From assembly GCF_048593235.1 (NCBI RefSeq), contig NC_133617.1, positions 551,904,958 to 551,968,957 on the forward strand: a DNA stretch of 64,000 bases, given 5' to 3'. Below are positions 13,144 through 25,095 of the stretch, piece by piece. Positions within the stretch are counted from its first letter, which is position 1. Each line of letters starts with the position of its first letter. Source of the stretch: Sminthopsis crassicaudata (Eukaryota). Both the position numbers and the translations under genes were made by a program. The notes beneath the pieces were generated by a model. The model saw only the letters and a program-made list of their open reading frames with translations. It was not told where the DNA came from and searched no databases.

Positions 13144-13287
13144 GGAGCAGCCAGGTGGCACAGTGGATAGCGCACCAGCCTTGAAGTCAGGAGGACCTGA
13201 GTCCAAATCTGGCATCAGACACAACACTTCCTGGCTGTGTGACCCTGGGCAAATCACTTAACCCCAATTGCCTCAAAAAAAAAAAAA
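13144..13287 (+). mobile_element. WSINE1-type SINE with TSD
   Basis: Typical head and body with poly-A. TSD aagaatca(c/a)gaaaaa at 13129-13143 and 13288-13302. Confidence 0.92.
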
Positions 13288-13739
13288 AAGAATCAAGAAA
13301 AAAATTAGAAATGGAAATTTACTTTAATGATTGCAAGAGTCTGTATCTTGATAGTGTTAATAATCTAGTAAATAGATGTTTTTTGTTTTGTTTTGTTTTC
13401 AGAACTTTCATGTCTTCAAAGTGTATAAAAGAAGTACGGAAGATAAGGAAATGTATTGATTCTGTCTGAAGAGCTTGTAGGGGAAGAGAGAAAGGAGGGT
13501 AGAAGGAGTAAGTTAGTGTAGAGTGAGAAGGGGAGGAATTTGTCATTTCTTATTAAGAATCTTAAGAAGAATATACTGGGAGAAGTTTGCATCAGATTAA
13601 CTTCATCTCATCTTGACCAAAGCATGTTGAGTATATACACATAAACCATTTGATACCTTGGGAGCGTAGGCAGGTGATGTCTGGAAAGCATGATTGGGAG
13701 TAAGGATGGTTATAAGGAAAATTATACTGCACAGGAAAT

Positions 13740-13975
13740 TTGTTGTCATTTACTTATATCTGACTCTGTGACCTCATAGGACCATATTGTCCATGGTATT
13801 TTCTTGGCAAAGATACTTGGATTGATATACCATTTTCTTCTCCAGTAGAATAAGACAAACAGAGTTTAAATGACTAGCTCAGGCTCATATCATTATTTAG
13901 TGTCTGAGGCTGTATTTGAACTCAGGCCTTCCTGACTCCAAACCCAGCTCTCTCTCTATCCACTGAGTAATAGTT
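13740..13975 (-). mobile_element. Mar1/WALLSI-type RTE-tailed SINE
   Basis: ccatggtattttcttggcaaagatact and gtctgaggctgtatttgaactcagg. Confidence 0.7.
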
Positions 13976-14129
13976 GTAAGCAAAACAAATTACCTAATCC
14001 TTTTTTGTTTTTTTTTCATTTTTTAAAAATTTCCTAATCCTGAAAAGATCAAAAGAAAAAAAAAGAAAGGGAAAAGGACTAGAATCAAGAAGGTTTTTAT
14101 CAGTTGAACAAGCTACATTATACTAGTAT

Positions 14130-14720
14130 AATTGAATATTATTGCACCATAAAATGATAAAAGAAACTATTTCAGAGGCTTCTTGGAAATATGCACAGAT
14201 GCCCAATGAAATGAGAAGAATCTGTAGAATATTTTATAAGAAGAAAATACTTTAAAGAAAATCAATGTCGAAAAACATCAGAATTCTAATCAAGGACATG
14301 ACCAACTATGTCTTCAAAGGACTTTTGATGAAGCATGTTATGTGTTTGTGAGAAGTGATGGATTTGTTTCAAAAAGAGACAAATTATTTTTGGACATGGA
14401 AATTATGTGGATTTGTTTTGCTTGTCTATACTTATTTTTCACACTTTCTTTTCTTTCTTTCTTTCTTTTTTTTTTTTTTTGAATGTAGGTTGTAGAAAAA
14501 AAGTGTGGTCAGTGAAAGTGTTTTTTTTTTTTTTTTTAAATAGAGCCATTCAAACTTTTAAAAAATACATAGAAGAGAACAAATTGAAATTTAAAAGGAA
14601 GCACAAAAAATAGGATAGTTTTGAAAATAATATGGGTAGCTATTACATACTTTCTTTTTAAAGCAGGAATTATGAATTGAATATTAACCCAAAATGAATG
14701 AAATAAAATAATCAGTTAAA
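14130..14720 (+). mobile_element. Old L1 3'UTR
   Basis: Degenerate L1 3' motifs (gatgaagcatgtta; ttttttggacatggaaattatgtggatttgttttgc). Confidence 0.55.
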
Positions 14721-15391
14721 AAGAGAATATATCTTCCCTCTCTCAATTATTCTTCTGTATTGACTTCCCATAACCAGATATTTATACAATATTACATAAG
14801 ATTACATGAGTCATAAAATGAAAGCCACTATTATATTGTACCAAATGTGGATAGTGAGAGGCAGGATATGGTGTGAGAAAGCAGAGTTCAAGTTACTTTG
14901 GCTCTCCTAACCCTGTTATAACTGTGAAGCATTTGAAATCTTAAGTTTTCCCATGTTATAATAGTTTATGTAACATACTTATAGATACATAAGTATGTGA
15001 TAAAATCTAATAGTTGGAGCAATAGTTGGAGTTGTATAGGAAAAAAAATAGGAGTTCAAATGTAAACTGAAATGATTGCCCTTTGTTTAGATGTTATGAA
15101 CTATTTCTTTGTTATATGCATATATAGTCTGTTAGAGTATGGATAGCATAACAACAAAGACTATAAAAAACTCTATAATTATCTGGATTGTTCTGATAGA
15201 GCATGAAAAATTATCTTTTTCCAATTCAAATTTTGTGGAACAGAAATAACTTTTCCTCTTTGGGCAAAGTTAGTGAATGTAAAATAAAACAAGCCACCAA
15301 AAGTAATATACACAGATTTTACCTTTTTTTACCTGCATATGAGGCAGTCAGGGTCATCTCCTAGAATTGTAGGCATCTAAGATAACATTAC

Positions 15392-15432
15392 CTGCTCTGA
15401 TTTCTCCGGTCTTAGCTTCTGCTTCCATAGCC
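15392..15432 (-). other. Candidate 41-nt exon carrying a Kozak ATG (MEAEAKTGEIRA)
   Basis: Minus strand: long polypyrimidine tract actttttttgttctctttgtaatggcacag, then GGCTATGGAAGCA..., then CAG/gtaatg donor. One CpG is retained and the context is non-repetitive. Confidence 0.4.
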
Positions 15433-15576
15433 CTGTGCCATTACAAAGAGAACAAAAAAAAGTCAAGTTAATGATAAGAGCCACTTAATAGCCTGTTTTA
15501 AGGGCTGAAATGTAGAAGTCACATTATCTGCTAAATTAAAATAAGAATTTATTAAGATCCTAATATTTCTCAGACA

Positions 15577-15825
15577 GGGAAGCATCTAGATGGCTCAGAG
15601 GATAGGATGCTGGGTCTGGAATCGGAAGTCCTGAGTTCAACTTTAGTCTCAGACAATCTAGTGTCTTTGTGATCCTGGGCAAGTCATTTAATTTTTGTTT
15701 TCCCAATTTACTAGAGAAGGAAATGGCAAATTACTCTAGTATCTTTGTCAAGAAAACCCCATGGAGGGTGATGAAAATTCAGACAAGACTGAACAAGTGG
15801 ACAACACTTGTTAGACACTGTGTTA
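15577..15825 (+). mobile_element. Mar1-type SINE
   Basis: ggaagcatctagatggctcagaggatagg head and aggaaatggcaaattactctagtatctttgtcaagaaaacccc tail. Confidence 0.8.
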
Positions 15826-16564
15826 AGAACTTTGGAAAAAAATAAAAAGACAAAAATGAAACCATTCCAGCCCTCTTTTATATTTGGTGAAACAATAAGA
15901 GATTTAGTTTTAGATTTCTTCTTCATTTGTCCATATTATTTCACATCATAAAAAGTATAGCACACAATAATTAAACATATCAACATGAATGCCTTTATAT
16001 ATTAGAATTGCTATTAATACAAGGGTCATAAAGATTACCAAACATCTGCAATATTTGCTTGAATGATAATTTAAAACTGCCTTTTGAAATACATTCTGCT
16101 TAGAAATGAATGAGAGAGGAAAAAAATTAAACCATAACTGTTTTATAAAAATAGGTATAGAGTCTCTGGAAAAAAAATTTTTTTTTAAAGAAAATATAGT
16201 GAACATGTAGACAGAACCAGAAAATAATTATATAGTTATTTTCGGCTACAATCAAAAACATTGCAGTTCGCCTCTATATAAACAATTTAGTATTTTTCAA
16301 AGTACAAATAACATTTTCTATATTAGGTGTTCCTTGATCTTCCCAGCTATCAATACTTTCTTCCTCAAAAAAAAAAAAAAAAAAGTTTGGCATATATTTA
16401 CTTTAGTTTATAAAAATAGGTATAGTCTTTCCTAGCAGAATGGAAGTAAGGTCTGCCTCTCTTTTCTATGTAAACCTCCAATATCTAGAACAATGTCTGA
16501 CACATAATAGTCACTAAAAACATATTTGTTAATTCCAAAAGAAATCATCTCAGCTTTATGAGAT

Positions 16565-16770
16565 TGAGGCATAGACAAGCAAGGACACTGGATCTGAGAG
16601 CAAATTCAATCTCAGACACTATCACTTAACCTTTCTCAGCCTCAGTTTCCTCACTTATAAAATGGAGATAAAGTAATATTTAGCAGAACTATTGTTAAGT
16701 TTAAAAGAGATATAATGTATATAGCACTTTCAACCATAAATCATTGTAAAAATGCCAACTATTATTATCA
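16565..16770 (+). mobile_element. MIR SINE
   Basis: CORE motif tcacttaacctttctcagcctcagtttcctcacttataaaatggaga. Confidence 0.75.
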
Positions 16771-17932
16771 TTTCATACTGCTGAAATCTATCCTAGTTAC
16801 CAAGTCATTTTCCTAAAACTTTCCAGTTATAGTTAGTCATCCTTATTTTGATTGATAGTTGTAGATTGGTAAATTGGTTTGGATACAATAAATCTAAATC
16901 TTTGAATTAAATCAAATTTAAATTAACCCAAACAGAAGCAGAAGTGTTTCAAAATAACATAAGACATTTTAGAAAATATTTTAGGCTTTTTTTTCCCCCC
17001 TCTTCTTTTGAAATGCAGCTGACCGTGTACATTAGGGCCTTTGATACTCAAGGGATGTGGGTGGAGAACATGCTGTATAGTCATACTTACAGCAACTGGA
17101 ATCTGGAAGTCCTGGAATTCTTAGGAGGATTTCCAAATCAAAATCAAAAGCAGTCTATTTTGGATAAAATTGAAATCAACTCTTAAACCTACATGTTGTT
17201 AGGTATCTGTCAAATTGTGAAGCTAAAAACTAGTGTGGCTTTTATCCTCTAAAAAAAAAAATTCTGATGTTTAACTTGGAGGCTTGTTTTTCTTGGTCAA
17301 ACATATCTAAGCTGACCATGATTTTGAGACAGGTTACAGAATTCTTCTCATTAAAATTGCTTAAAATAAACCATGAATTGGTAGAGAAATACAAAAGTCT
17401 GTTTTTTGCCTGAACTAATTTTTTTTACAAGTATCTTATTATCATTAATACATCCATCCCATCAGCTCTGGTGATCTTCAGATGGCTATATACTATGTGC
17501 ATTAAAATAAAGTTAATTATCAGGGAGTCAAAAATAAAATGCTTCCCTTACTCTCTTTTCTAGCAGACTTCAGAGTTTCATAGAAGCTATTTTCTATTTG
17601 ATATAGAAATAGATTCAGAAATAAAGCCAGGGACACATCAAGAAAAGAAAATCTTGCATCTTATATCTGCATACATTCAGTTTTGATTAAAAAAAAAAAA
17701 GTTATCAGCCTAGTACAGAGCCCTCCAAATGAATAATTCATTCATTTACTGGCCTTTTCTTTCTTGGGAACCTGAGAGGAGCAACTGCTTGGCCCTTCCC
17801 CACAAACCCCCCTTTTCTTCAGCCCAGTGGGAATAAACTGGCCTTTGAACTTTTCAGTTCAGTCTGTTTTCGAACTCTTCCTTGTTCAGAATGGGGAACA
17901 CATAGAAAGAAAGAGATCTCTGGGAGGCTCAC

Positions 17933-18180
17933 CTCCCCCTTTCTACACTAGGAGCACAGCTGTGGAGACTGCAGGAACGTTTCTCTCCCAGGACCACACA
18001 AAGAGTTCCCTACAAGGCTGCAGCTGTGTTAAGTCGGTAATTCTTCCCCTGCTACCTAAGTCAGTCACATATTCCACAATCCAGGAACAGATGTATTTAA
18101 GCTGACCAAGGTTTTAGGGGGAAAGTCAGGGGTAGGTGCAGAAGGAATTGGCACAGCTATCTCCATTTAATTGGGGCTCA
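17933..18180 (-). promoter_or_regulatory. Candidate minus-strand promoter and non-coding first exon
   Basis: On the minus strand: CCAAT at 18170-18174 and 18147-18151, TTAAATA at 18094-18100, near-consensus donor GAG/gtgagc at 17933/17932. CAGCTG E-boxes at 17957 and 18021. GC is locally raised and no repeat was recognised. Confidence 0.4.
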
Positions 18181-19117
18181 GATGTATTAAAGATTTCAAG
18201 TGATCTGGTTCAAAATGAAATGCAAGATGGGCTGTCATTTTGATTTTTTCAGTCAATACCATATGCTCAATTAATTTAACGAAATAATCAAGCACACAGA
18301 CAAGTCAAACATCAGAAAATCTACAATGGAATGACCAGTTCTTGTGGACTATTAGGAAACATGACATTTGTATTTTCCATTTGATTTATAGATTTAATGT
18401 ATTTATATTTCTTATTCTATTATTATGATTAAAACAGTGGACATTTAATAAATGCTTTAATTATCTCACTGAGGGCAATTTTATTCAGTTCTAATTAGCA
18501 TCCTAAAGGAAATATAGATTTTACTATAAGGAATAGATGTTTTGTCCTGCAAAACCCATAAATGTTTTTATTGCTCTAATAATACTAGGCTGACTCACTT
18601 ATGAATTTCTGAGTGGAAAAACCATATCTATGACGTTATACACACATTTATCATAGTACTTCACAGAGCAAACATAGAAACTGATTCACAGCCTCTTGAA
18701 GGAAGAAAGATCAAAGCAAACCCCATAAGATCATTTACTCTCAGGTTAAGGTTTATGGTGAGATAAAAATGACAATAGTCCTTTAGTCTTGATATAATTG
18801 CCTTAAGCTATTGTCTTGTTTTCAAGATGTGAAGTTCTCTTATCGAAATAAGCACAGGTGTCAGTTTATAAGAAGATTGATCACATGAAAAAACGAATCA
18901 CCTCTCATAAGGAGGATCCATCCATTTGTTCAGAAACCTCTATCTTTTGGGGCTGCCTGATAATGTGGCCATATTATATTTCTTTCTAGTGCAACACTAA
19001 AATACTGTTCGAGGAAAAAAAAATCCAAAATGAAATGTAAATTAGTTCTTTATCTATGTAAATCTGTTACCTTTGCTTTTATAATCAATACGAATGTAGT
19101 TATCTGTTTGAACACAG

Positions 19118-19129
19118 TCCGTAGGAAAG
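19118..19129 (+). other. Candidate 12-nt microexon TCCGTAGGAAAG
   Basis: tatctgtttgaacacag acceptor and AAG/gttagt donor. Frame-preserving and contains a CpG. Confidence 0.3.
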
Positions 19130-19344
19130 GTTAGTCTTAGATAAAACTACAAACTAATAGTGAAAATAGTGAAATATGGACAACCTGACTGTGAGAGTTT
19201 TTGTTTAACACTGCTCTGCTTTCCATGTCTGAACAACAAGAAATACACCAAATTAGTGAAACAAGAAGAGGAGTGTACAAATCCTCAAAAGGTAAATTCT
19301 TCAAAAGATAAAAATAAAAATTCTAGCCTTATAATGTTAAATTT

Positions 19345-19890
19345 GGCCCTATTCAGTCAATAAATATTTCTCAAGCACCAACTGTTCTGCATATACAATG
19401 ATGAATTCTGGGGATACAAAAAGAGGCCAAACACTGTCCCTGATTTCAGGGAGTGTGTAGTCTAATAAAGGAGAGAACAACAAACAAATATGATAAACAA
19501 GCTATATATACAATAAATAGGAAATGAGAGAAAAGGCACTAGGATTAGAAAGGATTAGGAAGGACTTTCTGTAGAAGAAGGGATTTTAATTGGGATTTAA
19601 TAGAAGTCAGGTAGATCAGTAAATAAAAGTTGAGGAGAGCATTCCAATGATGAGACCATCAGGGGAAATTCCCAAACCTGAGAGATAAGGTGTCCTATTC
19701 TCAGAACAGCAAGGTGACCAGTGTCACTGGATCTCAGAATATGTAAGGGAAATTCAAGACTGAAAAGACTAGAAAAGAAAAACAGAACCGGGGGCTTTGA
19801 ATGCCAAACATGAAGTTTATATTTGATCTTGCAGGCAAAACTGGAGTTTATTGAGTGAGAATGGGGTGGAGTGGATTTTGCAGGACAAAA
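19345..19890 (-). mobile_element. L2 3' region
   Basis: tcagtcaataaatatttctcaagcacc...ggggatacaaaaagaggcc pattern followed by purine-rich L2 body. Confidence 0.75.
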
Positions 19891-20229
19891 CATTTATCCC
19901 TCAGAGTGAAATTATATTTACTTTAGGACCCTCCTTAGGACTGAATAAAACTGAATGATGAATAAGATTGTCTCTAAACTCAAGCTTTATTTAACACTCA
20001 TCAATAATAAAAAAAAAGATATAATTGAAACTGAAGAAAAGAAAAAAAAAGTAAAAATTTTAAGAAAAGGAAAGGGCTTGCTAATAAGAAAAATTGACTG
20101 AAAGATGTTTTTGTTTGTCCTTCATTTTTATTTGTCTTTTATTTTTGAAGAGGACAAATGGCATCATCAATGATGTCTTGATTTGGTCCAGACCCCATTT
20201 ATCATTGTAAGGTGACAAGCAAAATCACC

Positions 20230-21255
20230 ATCATAAAGCAGTAATAACCAACAGAAAAGAATAAATGAAAGAATTCATCTACAGATAATCCAGTAAAGAT
20301 TCAGATAATCCAGTAAAGATTCAGATAAAGAAGGGAAATGAGCAAACAAATAAGAAAAGGAGCCAAAATAATGAATATATACTTCAGAGACAAGGAAACC
20401 TCTTGGGAAAGGGAGAACAGATTCCCAGAAATGACACTGGAACAACTACAAGATCTTCCAAAATAATTCAGTAGTTCAATAAAAGAAACAAGGGAGGAAA
20501 TTAGTACAGAATTTTATCTATTAAAGGAAAAAATAAAAATGAAAGGATAAGTAAGAAAAAATAAATGAAAATCTCTAAAAATTGATTTAAAAAAGAATTA
20601 CAGATTTTGAATATAAATATATAAAGGGAGAAGAAATATTAATTAAACACAGTCAAAAGACAAAATGAGCAAATGAACTTATTTCATCTGTACCAGTCAA
20701 GGAAACTGAACTCCAAGACACAGACAAAGATAATTTAGAACCTATAGTTCTTCTAGAGAAGCACAATGAAATAAAACTTACAAATGCCCTACTTAAGGAA
20801 ATCACACTGAAATATTACCCAGAAGTAATGGAAACAGGCAAAGTTTAGCTAAATAGAATCCTAAACCAATGAAAGAAAGATGCCTACAGTTAAGTAAAGC
20901 AAAAAAAAAAAAAAAAAAAAAAAAGTATTACAGTATAGGTGTAAGACTGTTTCATCAGTATGGGTATAAGTGTATAAGTACTGTTTCATCATATGACACT
21001 GTCCAATTTCTTAAATATGGAATTTCAACATAAATATTAAATCTTGCTGACAGCCAGAAGAAATGACTTTACATATGAAAGAAAATCCAGTCAAATACTA
21101 TAAGACCTAATTCATGTTTATGAGAACCAAAGAAGTAACTGGGATATGATACTTTGAAAACCACCCCCAAATAAAACTTGATAAATGAAGAAAGATGGAA
21201 TTTCTGTAAAAGAATGATTTTTCCAAATTATTTTAATAGAAAAAAAAGAATGAGC
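20230..21255 (+). mobile_element. Old L1/HAL1 ORF1-like remnant
   Basis: A-rich coiled-coil-like remnant with degenerate ORF1 motifs (aatttagaacctatagttcttctagagaagcacaatg). Confidence 0.5.
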
Positions 21256-21261
21256 AAGGCA

Positions 21262-22050
21262 TCTGGCAATCAATTAATGGGCATGTATTAAACATTTTCT
21301 AGGCATCCAGAATGGTGCTAAACACTGGGGATATAAAGAAAAAGGGGGAAAAATAGCCTCTATCTTTGAGGATCTAGCATTTTAATTTAGGAGACAATAC
21401 ATCTATATGTATGTGTATATATACTATACTTGCAAAGTAGCTATATGGTAACCCTAGAAGAGAATAGGTGAAAGAATATAGAATGAAAAAAGAGAAAAGG
21501 AACCAGGATAGATCCCTAGTGAAGATTCAGTAAAGGAAACTAAGGAAGAATAGTCAGATAAAGTGAGAGGAGAATGAAGAGAGCAGTGGCATAAAAATAT
21601 ACAAAAGAGAGTATCCAGGAAGAGAAGGTGATCAACAGTTTCAAGTGATTCAAAGAGATCATGGAGAAGGATTGAGAAAAGACCATTTGATTTGACAATT
21701 AAATGATTATTAGTGACTTCGTTGGAAGATAAAGTCAAAAACCAGATTGCAGAGTGTAGAAAAGTATAAAGAGGGGAAATGGAGGCACTTAGAGTAAATA
21801 ACTTTCTTTCTTTTTCCCCCCCCTGAGGCTGGGGTTAAGTGACTTGCCCAGGGTCACACAGCTAGGAAGTGTTAAGTGTTTGAGACCAGATTTGAACTAG
21901 GATCCTCCTAAATTCAGGGCTGGTGCTCTATCCACTGCGCCACATAGCTGCCACCTAGCTGCCCCCTATAAATAACTTTTTCAAGGAATTTAACTGAGAA
22001 AGTGAGAATAACTAGCAGGTAAACACATTTTAAAAAGAGAAACAAATCAA
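21262..22050 (-). mobile_element. L2 fragment including an RT motif
   Basis: ORF 21454-21738 reads VTNNHLIVKSNGLFSILLHDLFESLETVDH, matching the L2/CR1-clade RT motif DLSAAFDTVDH. Confidence 0.85.
21806..21966 (-). mobile_element. WSINE1-type SINE inside L2
   Basis: cctgaggctggggttaagtgacttgcccagggtcacacagctagg. TSD (ag)taaataacttt on both sides. Confidence 0.92.
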
Positions 22051-22299
22051 TTTTTTCAAAGCAAATCAATTGGAATTAAAATATAGTTTAAAAAGGAGAG
22101 AATCAATGTTTTTGTGAATTAAAATCTGGTTTTATTATTTGAGAAATAACATTTCTGAGGGAAGGGAAAGCAGAGATTAAGGTCTTTTGGTGAGAAGGAG
22201 GGGAAAGATAAGAAGATAATTGTTATACTCTTGCCTTGCTGAGGCTCAAGAGAAAATGAGAATGTGTTAGGTTTAATCCCTTCTTCAGGTGGGGGGATT

Positions 22300-23760
22300 T
22301 AAGAAACTCCATCTCTATATAGAGACTATGCTCCTCATAATTATCCTTCAATTTTCTCTGACAGATTACATCTCCCCTATTTCTAGTCAATCTATTCCTC
22401 CCTGCTTTTCCAGGTTATCATCCTTGCGCTTCATCTCCTCTCTTCAAAACCTTGACCATATAGTTAGTACAAATTTATGCTATTTTCCATGCTTGAGTCC
22501 TTGTCTCCTTGTCTTATTTTTATTCATTTCTTTCTAAATTCCAGCCCTAGATTAATATCACCATCTGCCTTTTCCATTGCTTCTCATGTACTGCTGAAAC
22601 AGTGATGGAAGAAATTATGCAGAGGTTCACATCAAGATTAGTTTTTTTCCCAATCCCATCTGTGACTTCATTGATGAATTTGTTGTTCAGTTGTGTCTGA
22701 CTCTTTGCGATCTTATAGAGTGTTCATGGCAAAGATATCGGAATAATTTGCCAACTCCTTCTCCAGCTCATTTTACAAATGAGGAAACTGAGGCAAATTG
22801 GGTTAAGTGACCTGCCCAGGGTCTCATAGCTAGTAAGTGTCTGAGGTTGGATTTGAATCAGATGTTCTTGACTACAGATAAGATGCAGATTACTTTCACT
22901 TCTAATATTTTGCTATGTGATTGTTCTTTCCAACAGTAATTGCTCCCTCTCAGCATAAGGTCACAGCTCACACTTAACTGAATGAGTTGAGGCTATCTAT
23001 TGCAAACTTACTTTTCTCCCCAAATCTATACTCCAGATCATCTCCCCCTCTTTTGCTCTTTGAAAGTATGAGATGGTCTTTCTCTTTGCCTATGCCAATT
23101 ATTTCATTGTACCTTTAAATGCATTCCTTTTCATATTCTCTAGGAGCTTGCCCCTTTAATTATCTTTTCTCTCTCCCTAGTTTTTGCTGAGGTTATATAT
23201 ATTTCCTTCTGTTCTCCCTCCAAATATACCCAAACCTCTACCATCCTTAAAAAAATTTCCTCAAGTTCTTAATATGTGGCCTGGAACATATTAAACCCTG
23301 AATAAATGCTGATGTATTTCACTGTATCTATCCTACAATCTGCTTTTCCTTTTCATATCGAAGCTTATAGAAAAAAGCTTCTTATATTAATTTGCTCCAC
23401 TTTTCCCTCCCACCCAAGTCTTACCCCTTTGTAATCTGATTTCCATTTGGGCCAATGAAAAATAAACCTTTTCTTCTTGAGATCACAAATGCTTTTCTTA
23501 CTAAATCTATAGGCTCTTTCTTAGTCTTCATCTTAAATTTTTTTGCAGTATTTGATGCTACTGATCATACCTTCTGGACACTCTACTTCTTAATAATCAG
23601 AAATATTCTTCACAGTTTTATTTGAAAAATCATTATTATAGAATGTCCCTTTTATGTGGGTATATTCTGGGATTTTATCCAGAGCCCTGTCTTTTTTTTT
23701 TTTTTTTACATTTTTTTCTCCTCATATTGACCCCCATAGATTTAGTCCTCATCTCTACAT
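22300..23760 (+). mobile_element. L2 remnants interrupted by a Mar1 SINE (22680-22880, minus)
   Basis: Pyrimidine-rich L2 body (ttttttgcagtatttgatgctactgatcat) and a Mar1 tail/head. Confidence 0.65.
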
Positions 23761-23789
23761 AGATGACTCCCAAAGCTATGTTTGCAATT

Positions 23790-24670
23790 GTCTTTTTTAA
23801 AAAATAAATTTTTATTGATGACATTTATTACATCATCATAATTATTCTCAGTATTTTTTCCCTTTTCCCTCCCAGAGAGCTATTCTATATATTAAATAGC
23901 ATTTTTTAAAGTGAGAAATTCAGCATAACTAACTGATAGAATGGAAAAGTCTGAAAACATATGCAATGTGTAACACTTACAGATCTCATTATCGCAAAGG
24001 AGTGAATTTGGATATTTTCTCATATATCTTCATTCTTGTTGTGCTTGATGTTTTTAATTTTGCTAATTCACATTTAATATTTTGGTGTGTGGTGCTTTTT
24101 TCTATTCAAAATGTATATTTTTCTTGGCTCTGCTTATTTCACTTTGAATCCGTTAATAAAATCTTTCCATGCTTCTTTGATTTATCATAATATTCTTTTT
24201 CAAATTATAGTAATATTCCATTACATTCATGTAACCAATTTGTTTAGCCCTTTCCTAATCAATGGACATTTATTTTGCTTCCTCTTCTTTGCTATCACAA
24301 AAAGTGCTGCTATAAATATCTCAGTGCATATGGGGACCCTTTTCTTATTTATATTGTGGGGCATAAACTCAGTAATGGAATCTGTGGTCTACAGAGTAAC
24401 ATTTTAGTTACTATATTTGCATAATTCTAAATTGCTTTCCAAAATGATTATACTATTTCATAGTTCCATCAATTGTATCGATAGGTGCACCTATCATTCC
24501 ACAACTCCTCCAACATTGAGAATTACAATTTCTAGTCATTTTTGCTAATTGCTGGGTTTGAAGTAAAATCTCAGGATTGTTTTAATTTGCATTTCTCTTG
24601 TTAAGAGCATTTATTCATGGGATTGTAAATATTTTGTAGTTCTTCCAAGAACTGTTTATTCCTATTCCTA
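23790..24670 (-). mobile_element. L1 3' fragment
   Basis: tttattgatg start and reverse-complement ORF2 motifs (caactcctccaacattg; ttgttttaatttgcatttctct). Confidence 0.75.
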
Positions 24671-24896
24671 TTGAACTAGGATCCTCCTAAATTCAGGGCT
24701 GGTGCTCTATCCACTGCGCCACCTAGCTGCCCCCAGTAAATAACTTTTTCAAGAATTTAACTGAGAAAGTGAGAATAACTAGCAGGTAAACACATTTTAA
24801 AAAGAGAAAAAAAATCAATTTTTTCAAAGCAAATCAATTGGAATCAAAATATAGTTTACAAAGGAGAGAATCAATGTTTTGTGAATTAAAATCTGG
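24671..24896 (+). repeat. Local direct duplicate of 21892-22129
   Basis: Near-identical text from ttgaactaggatcctcctaaattcagggc to gtgaattaaaatctgg at both sites. Confidence 0.97.
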
Positions 24897-25095
24897 ACTT
24901 GGAAGTAGGAAGATTTACCTTCATGAGTTCAAATCTGGCCTCAGATTCTTACTAGCTGTGTGACCTTGAGGACACTTAATCCTACTTGCCTCAATTTTTT
25001 AATTTGTAAAATGAGCAGAAGAAAATGGCAAACCACTCTACTATATTTGCCAAGAAAACCCTAATAAAGTTTACAAAGAGTTGAATATGACTGAA
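24892..25095 (+). mobile_element. 5'-truncated Mar1-type SINE
   Basis: ttcatgagttcaaatctggcctcag...aaaatggcaaaccactctactatatttgccaagaaaaccc. Confidence 0.8.
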
